DNA of 64,000 nt, taken from positions 96,001 through 160,000 of the forward strand of contig JBPOGH010000002.1 of assembly GCA_051252135.1 (NCBI GenBank), read 5' to 3'. Both the position numbers and the translations under genes were made by a program. The DNA is from Verrucomicrobiaceae bacterium (lineage in GTDB: Bacteria > Verrucomicrobiota > Verrucomicrobiia > Verrucomicrobiales > Akkermansiaceae). The notes beneath the pieces are model-generated. The model made no database searches and was not told where the DNA came from. It worked only from the letters and a program-made list of their open reading frames with translations. Of the stretch, positions 56,773 to 64,000 are shown piece after piece. How positions within the stretch are numbered: the first letter of the stretch is position 1; every line of letters begins with the position of its first letter.

Positions 56773-58160
56773 AAAGTTACCCCATGTTAATCAACGGTGA
56801 GACTGTTGAGACGGAAGATAAGATCGAGGTGATCAACCCCGCGACGGGCGAGGTGGTTGGGCAGGTGTCCAACATCGGGGAGGACGGCATTCAGGCTTCG
56901 CTGAAGGCGGCAAAGGCGGGCTTTGAGGTGTGGTCGAAGACGAGTCCGGCGGAGCGGAAGGAGAAGATTTTGCGCTACGCCGATTTGCTGGAGGCGAATC
57001 AGGACCGCTTGGTGGATTTGTTGATTTCGGAGACGGGGAAGCCTCGGGACAATGCGGAGTATGACTTCGGGATGCTGACGACTTGCTTGCGCTTTTTCGT
57101 GGAGGAATATGAGCGTCTGGATCAGCCGGTGCTGCACGATCCCGAGGGTCGATTTTTGCACTACGTCTTGCGTCAGCCCTTGGGTGTCGCGGTGGGCTTT
57201 TTGGCGTGGAATTTCCCGCTGCTGAACATTGGTTATAAATTGGGGCCGGTTCTGGCGGCGGGTTGCAGTGCGGTGATCAAGCCGTCGACTGAGACGCCGC
57301 TAGCTTCGCTGAAAGCGGCGCATCTCGCGACCGAGGCCGGGATTCCGGCGGGGGTGGTGAATGTCATCACGTGTAAGGATCACGACGTGACGCGCGGGCT
57401 TTTGGAGAGCGATATTCCGTCGTTGGTGACGATGATTGGTTCGACGGGTGCGGGTCTCAAGGTGATGGGTGATTCTTGCTCGAGCATTAAGCATTTTTCG
57501 GTGGAGCTTGGTGGCAATGCGCCGGTGGTGGTCTATCCCGATGCCGACATTCGTGATGCCGCGAACAAGGTGGTGGATTTGAAATTTGCGAACTGCGGTC
57601 AGGTCTGTGTTTCGCCGAATCGCTGCTTCGTGCACGAGTCGGTGTATGAAGAATTTGTGACGTGCGCCGTTGAGCGTGCGGCGGAGACCACGATGGGTCC
57701 GCTTGCGAATGACAAGGCGCGGCAGTCGGTGCTTTCGCTGGTGGCGTCATCGGTGGCGGATGGGGCGAAGATTGCCCACGGTGGCGATGCGGTGGAGGGT
57801 AAAGGTTTCTTCATGGAGCCGACGATCATGCGCGACGTGACGACCGGGATGGCGCTCGCGAAGGATGAAATTTTTGGACCGGTGCTGCCCATTATTTCCT
57901 ACAGCGATAGCGATGATGAGATCGCGCTCGCGAACGATACGATCTACGGTCTCGCGGCTTATGTTTTCACCTCGAATTTGAAGAATGGCCTCCGCGCCGC
58001 TCGGGATATTCAAGCGGGAAGCGTGTGCGTGAACGAGCCGCATTACTCGGTGCAGCTGCCACACGGTGGTCTCAAGCAGAGTGGCGTGGGCAAGGATTGC
58101 TCGCGTTATAGCCTGGAAGAATATTTGACACTGAAGCGGGTGTCGGTGGCGATTGATTAA
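56769..58160 (+). CDS. Aldehyde dehydrogenase; probable 3,6-anhydro-galactose dehydrogenase (DauA-like)
   Basis: WNFP, KPS, GSTGAG, VELGGNAP, GQVCV, EIFGP; substrate inferred from context. Confidence 0.8.
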   Translation: MKSYPMLINGETVETEDKIEVINPATGEVVGQVSNIGEDGIQASLKAAKAGFEVWSKTSPAERKEKILRYADLLEANQDRLVDLLISETGKPRDNAEYDFGMLTTCLRFFVEEYERLDQPVLHDPEGRFLHYVLRQPLGVAVGFLAWNFPLLNIGYKLGPVLAAGCSAVIKPSTETPLASLKAAHLATEAGIPAGVVNVITCKDHDVTRGLLESDIPSLVTMIGSTGAGLKVMGDSCSSIKHFSVELGGNAPVVVYPDADIRDAANKVVDLKFANCGQVCVSPNRCFVHESVYEEFVTCAVERAAETTMGPLANDKARQSVLSLVASSVADGAKIAHGGDAVEGKGFFMEPTIMRDVTTGMALAKDEIFGPVLPIISYSDSDDEIALANDTIYGLAAYVFTSNLKNGLRAARDIQAGSVCVNEPHYSVQLPHGGLKQSGVGKDCSRYSLEEYLTLKRVSVAID

Positions 58161-58168
58161 CTATTTAG

Positions 58169-58822
58169 ATGATGAGTGCATTTCCTGAGGAACTTTTAAA
58201 TCACCTTGAGAGCCGTGGCGTGGTCGCGGGATTCTCGGTGGAAAAAATCGAGCACGCGGTGCCGCTGGCGAAAGCTTTGCTGGCGGGTGGGATCGATGTC
58301 ATCGAATTGACCTTGCGGACGTCGATCGGCTTGGACGCGGTGAAATTGATTGCCGACGAAGTGCCGGAAATGGTGGTGGGCGTCGGAACGATTCTCACTC
58401 CTGAAACGGCGGTGGCGGTGAAGGAAGCGGGTGGGCATTTCGGAGTCGCACCGGGGATGAATGCGCGGGTGGTGAAGGCGGCGCAGGAAGCGGGCCTTCC
58501 GTTTGCGCCGGGGATTTGCACGCCCTCGGATTTGGAAGCGGCGATTGAATTGGGTTGTCGTTTCGTGAAGTTTTTTCCGGCCGAGGCATCGGGTGGGCTG
58601 ACCTACTTGAAAAGCATGGCTGCTCCTTACAACCACCTTGGGATTCGCTACTTCCCGCTGGGCGGGGTGAACTCGGAGAACATGATCGACTACCTCGCGG
58701 AGGACATTGTTCCGACGGTGGGTGGAACCTGGATTGTGTCGAAGGATTTGGTTCAGAATGAAGATTGGGCCGGGATTACGGCTGCGGCTGAAAAAGTCAT
58801 CAACACCTTAAAGAAATCATGA
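58169..58822 (+). CDS. eda: 2-keto-3-deoxy-6-phosphohexonate aldolase (Eda/KDPG type)
   Basis: IELTLRT, GVGTIL, PGICTPSD, VKFFPAE, PLGGV. Confidence 0.9.
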   Translation: MMSAFPEELLNHLESRGVVAGFSVEKIEHAVPLAKALLAGGIDVIELTLRTSIGLDAVKLIADEVPEMVVGVGTILTPETAVAVKEAGGHFGVAPGMNARVVKAAQEAGLPFAPGICTPSDLEAAIELGCRFVKFFPAEASGGLTYLKSMAAPYNHLGIRYFPLGGVNSENMIDYLAEDIVPTVGGTWIVSKDLVQNEDWAGITAAAEKVINTLKKS

Positions 58823-59910
58823 GCAACATCGTTGTTACCTTTGGAGAAATCATGGGCCGGATGGCGGCGCAGGATCATTTGCGTCTGCGGCAGTCGCATG
58901 TTCTTGAAGTCACCTATGCGGGCGCGGAAGCGAGTGTGGCGGCTTCGATTTGTAATTTCGGGGGCAAGGCGCGTTACGTGACGGCGTTGCCGAAGCATGC
59001 GCTGGCGGAAGCGACGATGGACGCGGTGCGCCGGGTGGGGATTGATACCAATTTTGTGCTTCGCACGGACAGGGGGCGGCTGGGACTTTACTTCCTGGAG
59101 ACGGGGGCGAACCAGCGTCCGAGCAACGTGATTTATGATCGTGAGGACTCGGCGATCGCGATCACGCCTGCCGAGAAATATGACTGGGCGGGCATTTTTG
59201 AAGGGGCGTCGTGGCTGCATCTTTCCGGGATCACGCCGGCGCTGTCGAAGAATGCGGCGGAGGCGACTTTGGTGGCGGCGCAGAAGGCTCAAGAGGCGGG
59301 GGCGACGGTGTCGATTGATTTGAACTTCCGAGGGAAGCTTTGGAATTGGCATGAGTCGAAGTCGGGCCGCGAGTTGGCTCAGGAGGTGATGCGCGGGATT
59401 TTGCCGTTTGTGGATGTGGTGATTGCGAATGAAGAGGATTGCTATGACGTGCTCGGAATTCGGGCGGGAGAGACTGACGTGCATTCCGGTGCTCTGGATG
59501 TGTCACGCTATCCCGATGTGGCCCGTCAGGTGGTGGAGCAGTTTCCGAACCTGAGTAAGGTGGCGATCACCTTGCGTGAGAGCATTTCAGCCGATCACAA
59601 CAACTGGGGCGCGATGCTTTATGATGCGGGATCGAAGAGTGCTTCCTTTGCGCCGCTCGATGCGGATGGAAATTACAGCTCGAATCAGATTCACAACATT
59701 GTCGATCGGGTCGGCGGAGGGGATTCCTTTGCAGGCGGGTTGATTTTTGCGCTGACGACGCCGGAGTTGAGCGAGCCGCAGACGGCGGTGAGGTATGCGG
59801 TGGCGGCTTCGACGCTGAAGCATTCGATCAAAGGTGATTTTAATTTTTCAACCCGTGGCGAAGTGGAGGCGCTGATGGGTGGTTCGGCTTCGGGGAGGGT
59901 GGTCCGGTAA
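58819..59910 (+). CDS. kdgK: 2-keto-3-deoxy-sugar kinase (PfkB/KdgK type)
   Basis: VTFGEIM, LGLYFLETGA..RPS.VIYDR, DLNFR..LW, DRVGGGDSFAGG. Confidence 0.88.
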   Translation: MSNIVVTFGEIMGRMAAQDHLRLRQSHVLEVTYAGAEASVAASICNFGGKARYVTALPKHALAEATMDAVRRVGIDTNFVLRTDRGRLGLYFLETGANQRPSNVIYDREDSAIAITPAEKYDWAGIFEGASWLHLSGITPALSKNAAEATLVAAQKAQEAGATVSIDLNFRGKLWNWHESKSGRELAQEVMRGILPFVDVVIANEEDCYDVLGIRAGETDVHSGALDVSRYPDVARQVVEQFPNLSKVAITLRESISADHNNWGAMLYDAGSKSASFAPLDADGNYSSNQIHNIVDRVGGGDSFAGGLIFALTTPELSEPQTAVRYAVAASTLKHSIKGDFNFSTRGEVEALMGGSASGRVVR

Positions 59911-59920
59911 CTCTCGTTCT

Positions 59921-61309
59921 ATGACACGTTTTCTTTTCACTGTTTTCCTGGTTTTCGGGGTCTGTCAGGCTGCCGAGAAGCCGAACATTGTGTTGCTCTT
60001 TGCGGATGACGCGGGGTATGGCGATTTTGGGTTTCATGGGAGTGTGCATTTTAAGACGCCGCATTTGGATGAGCTTGCGGAATCGGGTGTGCGCTTGTCG
60101 CAGTTTTACGTGACCGGTGCCACTTGCGGGCCATCGCGGGCGGGGATGCTTTCGGGGAGATATCAGCAGCGCTTCGGGTACGAGGAGATCAACGTGCCGG
60201 GCATCATGAGTCCGAACAGCAAGTTTGATGGCGATGAGATGGGGCTGCCGACGGACCTGAAAACGATGGGGGACTATCTTCAGGATCAGGGCTATCACAC
60301 CGGGATTTTTGGGAAGTGGCACATGGGGGTGGCGGATCGCTTTCATCCGCTGAAGCGCGGTTTTGATGAGTTTTATGGGTTCCGTGGGGGAGCGCGGAGT
60401 TTTTACGCCTATCCGAGTCCGAAGAAGACGCCTCATGAAAATTGGATGGAGCGGGGCTTTGAGGATTACCGTGAGCATGAGGGTTACCTCACGAAGGTGC
60501 TGGCGGATGAGACCTGCAAGTTTATCGAGAAGGCGAAGGATCAGCCCTTTTTCGCTTTTGTGTCCTTCACGGCGGTGCACACGCCGATGGAGGCGGACAA
60601 GCAGGATGCGGACAAATTTCCCCAGCTTGATGGGGACCGTCGGATTGTGGCGCAGATGACGCTCTCGATGGATCGGGCATGTGGTCAGATCATGGCGAAG
60701 CTGAAGGAGCTGGGTTTGGCGGAAAACACGATCGTGGTTTTCACGAACGACAACGGTGGGCCGATGGATAAGAACGGGTCGAGCAATTATCCGTTCGCCG
60801 GAGTGAAGGCGACCCAGCTGGAGGGCGGGATTCGGGTGCCGGGTTTGATTTCCTGGCCGGCAAAGCTCCCGAAGGGTGCGGTCTACGACAAGCCGATGTC
60901 GACGCTGGATTTGATTCCGACATTTGTGAAGGCGGGCGGTGGTGAGCCGGAGAAAATTGAAGAGTTGGACGGGAAAGACATGGTTCCTTACCTGGTCGGG
61001 GAGAAGACGGAGCGACCTCACGAAACGCTTTACTGGAAGATGGAGACGCGCGGCGCGATTCGCGATGGTGATTGGAAGATGATGCGTTACCCGGACCGTC
61101 CGGTGGAGCTGTTCAACCTTGCGGAGGATCCGGCGGAGCAAACGAATCTGGCGGCCGAGAATCCGGACAAAGTGACGGAGCTCTACAAGAAGCTCTTTGC
61201 CTGGGAGATGGAATTGGAGCGGCCGATGTTCCTCCTTCGTCGTCAGGAAGAAGGCTGGTCTTCACGTCGTGCGACGGAATTCCGGAAGCCACCGGCGAAA
61301 GATTATTAA
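59921..61309 (+). CDS. Sulfatase, resembles S1_19 carrageenan galactose-4-sulfatases
   Basis: KPNIVLLFADDAGYGDFGF, CGPSRAG, YQQRFGYEEINVPG, GKWH..ADRFHPLKRGFD; subfamily from recalled similarity, not a search. Confidence 0.85.
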   Translation: MTRFLFTVFLVFGVCQAAEKPNIVLLFADDAGYGDFGFHGSVHFKTPHLDELAESGVRLSQFYVTGATCGPSRAGMLSGRYQQRFGYEEINVPGIMSPNSKFDGDEMGLPTDLKTMGDYLQDQGYHTGIFGKWHMGVADRFHPLKRGFDEFYGFRGGARSFYAYPSPKKTPHENWMERGFEDYREHEGYLTKVLADETCKFIEKAKDQPFFAFVSFTAVHTPMEADKQDADKFPQLDGDRRIVAQMTLSMDRACGQIMAKLKELGLAENTIVVFTNDNGGPMDKNGSSNYPFAGVKATQLEGGIRVPGLISWPAKLPKGAVYDKPMSTLDLIPTFVKAGGGEPEKIEELDGKDMVPYLVGEKTERPHETLYWKMETRGAIRDGDWKMMRYPDRPVELFNLAEDPAEQTNLAAENPDKVTELYKKLFAWEMELERPMFLLRRQEEGWSSRRATEFRKPPAKDY

Positions 61310-61328
61310 TTCACGCACACACATATTC

Positions 61329-62894
61329 ATGAACTCTCCCAATAGAAATGCCGGGCTTTACGCCTTAATTGCCGCCTTCGGTGGATTTATTTTTGGCCTG
61401 GACCTGATGAATATTTCAGGTGCGGTGCGCTATGTCAGTTCGCTTTTCGAGCTTGAGGACGGTCAAGTGGGGCGTCTTGCCGGGGTTGGATTGTATGGCG
61501 TGATTTTCGCTTTGTTTTTCATTGGAACCTTGTGCGAGCGTTTTGGAAGAAAGCGGGTGTTGCTGGGCATTGCGTGCGCGTATTCGCTGTCCTCCATTTT
61601 GTCGGCCTTTGCGGTCAGCTACGAGATGTTGTTGATCGGACGATTCATTGGGGGGGCAGCTTTCGCATCCATTACGGTGTCCGCCATGTATATCGGTGAG
61701 GTGGCCTCGGCGAATCAGCGGGGCAAGTTTGTCTCGGTCAATCAGTTGATGATCGCAGTGGGGATCTTGCTGGCCTCGGTCATCAATTATTTCCTCATTG
61801 AGAACATCGATCGCATTGGTTTTTTGAACGGTGAAAATATCTGGCGCTACATGCTGGGCGCGGAGTTGATCCCCAATGTGATCTGGGTTTTGTTGCTCCT
61901 TAAGGTGCCGGAGTCACCACGCTGGTTGCTCAAGAAAGGGAGAGATGAAGAGGCGCACGCGGCGCTGCAAAAGATTGTGCCGGCGGATGAGATTCCGGGC
62001 TTCGTGGCCGAGGTGAAAGAGAGTTTTCACGAGGAGACCGAGACGGGCACCTTTGCCCAGCTTGGAAAACTGTTTCGCAAGCGCATGACGCTGGTGCTTT
62101 CGATCGCGGTCTTCTACGCCATTGTCCAAGGGGGGACGGGGATGAATGCCATCCTATCCTTCGCGCCGATGGTCTTTGAGCAGGTCGGGATGAGCACGGC
62201 AGACAGCTTTAAGCAGACTGTCATGATGAGTGTGTTTAATTTCCTCGCGATCTTCGTTGCGATCTTTTCGGTAGAGAAACTGGGACGACGTAAATTGACC
62301 TTGATCGGTTTGGCCTTAGTTGTCGCGGCGCATACCTCGTGTTGGGTCGGGTTTAAGGATACCTCTTACGTCCTGGATGAAGCGGCGTTTGAGAAGATTG
62401 AGAACCAGTTGAGTGAGGAGGAAATTGATTTGGCCAAACTAGAGCCAATGATCGGGCAAACTTACGAGAATGACGTGGCACTCAAAGCGGCCTTGTCGGA
62501 AACGCTCAACAAAAAAGAGTTCCCCTTGGTGAGCGGTGCGGTGATCAACCACACCATTCACGGAATTAAGCCCGCGCTCGTCTTGTTGGGGACTTTTGGA
62601 TTTCTTGCGGCGTTTAATATGTCAATTGGACCGATTCTCTGGGTGGTGCTTTCAGAGATTTTTCCAAACAATGTCCGGAGTGTTGCCTTGCCCGTTGCGG
62701 CCATGGTTCAAACCATCTCATCTCTGGCGGTGACTGAACTCTTTCCATGGTCTCTCAATGCCTTTGGCGCGGCGAATGTCTTCCTGATGTATGCCGGAAT
62801 TGGGCTTGCAGGCTTTTTGATCATGCTCGTGATCCTTCCGGAAACCAAAGGGAAATCGATCGAAGCCATCGAGAAAGAGCTCGTGAAGGGGTAG
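61329..62894 (+). CDS. MFS sugar porter with extra soluble loop domain
   Basis: FGGFIFGLD, ERFGRKR, MYIGEVA..RG, PESPRWL, WVVLSEIFP, PETKGKS; start moved to ATG 61329. Confidence 0.92.
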   Translation: MNSPNRNAGLYALIAAFGGFIFGLDLMNISGAVRYVSSLFELEDGQVGRLAGVGLYGVIFALFFIGTLCERFGRKRVLLGIACAYSLSSILSAFAVSYEMLLIGRFIGGAAFASITVSAMYIGEVASANQRGKFVSVNQLMIAVGILLASVINYFLIENIDRIGFLNGENIWRYMLGAELIPNVIWVLLLLKVPESPRWLLKKGRDEEAHAALQKIVPADEIPGFVAEVKESFHEETETGTFAQLGKLFRKRMTLVLSIAVFYAIVQGGTGMNAILSFAPMVFEQVGMSTADSFKQTVMMSVFNFLAIFVAIFSVEKLGRRKLTLIGLALVVAAHTSCWVGFKDTSYVLDEAAFEKIENQLSEEEIDLAKLEPMIGQTYENDVALKAALSETLNKKEFPLVSGAVINHTIHGIKPALVLLGTFGFLAAFNMSIGPILWVVLSEIFPNNVRSVALPVAAMVQTISSLAVTELFPWSLNAFGAANVFLMYAGIGLAGFLIMLVILPETKGKSIEAIEKELVKG

Positions 62895-62938
62895 GCGCAA
62901 GGTGTGCCTCCAATTAGACAAATTTATCGAATACGAAG

Positions 62939-64000
62939 ATGTCAGAAGCAGCCCAACAGTCTAAAACCGAAATCGACACGTCGAAGAGTCCGCACGTCAA
63001 ACTGAGGTCCATCAATATCGGCGATTGCCGGTGGACGGAGGGATTTTGGGCGGAGAAGACCAAGCTCTGCGAGGAGGTGATGGTGCCTTATATGGGGGAG
63101 CTTTTGAAAGGGGACATCGGTCATGGGTTGAATAACTTCAAGATCGCGGCCGGGTTAAAGGAAGGGGAGCACCAGGGAGAATACTGGCATGACGCGGACT
63201 TCTTCAAGTGGATGGAGTCGGCCTGTTACGTTTATGGTTTGAATGGCGATGAAAAGATCGTGGCGGAGCTTGATGAGATCATCGGGATCGTGGCGCAGGC
63301 TCAGGAGGACGATGGTTATCTGCATGCCTACATCCAGACGAAGGGCATACCGCATTTTTCGAATCGCAAGTATCATGAGATGTACAATTGCGGTCATCTT
63401 TACACGACGGCGTGCATTCATCATCGGATGACGGGGAAGACGAACTTCCTGGAGATCGCACTCAAGAATGCCGACCTGCTGTGCAGCCTCTTCAATCCTT
63501 GCCCGCCCGAGTTGAAGCGTTTTGGTTTTAACCAGACCCAGATCATGGGCTTGGTGGAGCTTTACCGGACGGTAGGTGACAGGCGTTACCTGGAGTTGGC
63601 GGAGGTGTTTATCAATAACCGGGGCCAGTCCGAGATGGTGCATGACTCGACGACGATTGGATATCCGATCGGGGACATGGTGCAGGAGCGGGTTCCGCTT
63701 CGTGAGGAGACGGAAGCGGTTGGGCACGCGGTGCTGGCACTTTATTACTATGCCGGAGCGGCGGATGTTTATTCCGAAACGGGGGAGCAGGCTCTCATCG
63801 ATGCGCTCGACCGGCTGTGGGAGAATGTGACGCAGAAGAAGATGTATGTCACCGGAGCGGTGGGGCAATCGCACTGGGGTGCCTCGACGCGTCGGGACAT
63901 GATCGAGGAAGGGTTCATCGATGAATACATGATGCCCAACATGACGGCTTACAACGAAACCTGCGCCAACATCTGCAACGCGATGTTCAGTCATCGGATG
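62939..64000 (+). CDS. GH127 glycoside hydrolase (probable alpha-1,3-(3,6-anhydro)-D-galactosidase), 3'-truncated by window edge
   Basis: Not in the ORF track. Manual translation MSEAAQQSKTEIDTSKSPHVKLRSINIGDCRWTEGFW..NFKIAAG..WHDADFFKWME..AQEDDGYL..HEMYNCGH..AVGHAV..KMYVTGA..YNETCANI; open to the window end. Confidence 0.88.
   Translation, partial: MSEAAQQSKTEIDTSKSPHVKLRSINIGDCRWTEGFWAEKTKLCEEVMVPYMGELLKGDIGHGLNNFKIAAGLKEGEHQGEYWHDADFFKWMESACYVYGLNGDEKIVAELDEIIGIVAQAQEDDGYLHAYIQTKGIPHFSNRKYHEMYNCGHLYTTACIHHRMTGKTNFLEIALKNADLLCSLFNPCPPELKRFGFNQTQIMGLVELYRTVGDRRYLELAEVFINNRGQSEMVHDSTTIGYPIGDMVQERVPLREETEAVGHAVLALYYYAGAADVYSETGEQALIDALDRLWENVTQKKMYVTGAVGQSHWGASTRRDMIEEGFIDEYMMPNMTAYNETCANICNAMFSHRM

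Overview
GC-rich bacterial chromosomal window, most consistent with a marine Verrucomicrobia (inferred from six PEP-CTERM genes, four sulfatases, DUF1080, PQQ-like propellers and three FG-GAP/ASPIC-UnbV proteins). The + strand is strongly G/T-skewed, which creates many spurious shadow ORFs. Main discovery: ORFs 8281-10203 and 10225-10896 are one reading frame broken by a single TGA (10201-10203). That TGA aligns with a Cys codon in a paralog in the same window (DL*SCYWR vs DYCSTFWR, 34677-34679) and is followed by a bacterial-SECIS-like hairpin with a GGUC loop. This makes it a candidate selenocysteine-containing, membrane-anchored CRTAC1/ASPIC-UnbV protein. That gene and a PEP-CTERM gene lie between 204-bp direct repeats of a sulfatase 3' end, like an inserted or excisable cassette. 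Also present: a heme oxygenase-bacteriophytochrome pair, a GH81 glucanase, a PL5-like alginate lyase, housekeeping genes (panD, secG, lepB, moeA) and, at the right end, an operon resembling the 3,6-anhydro-D-galactose (carrageenan) catabolic pathway with sulfatase, sugar porter and a partial GH127. No tRNA, rRNA, CRISPR array, transposase or integrase was recognised. Family assignments come from motif recognition by eye, not database searches.
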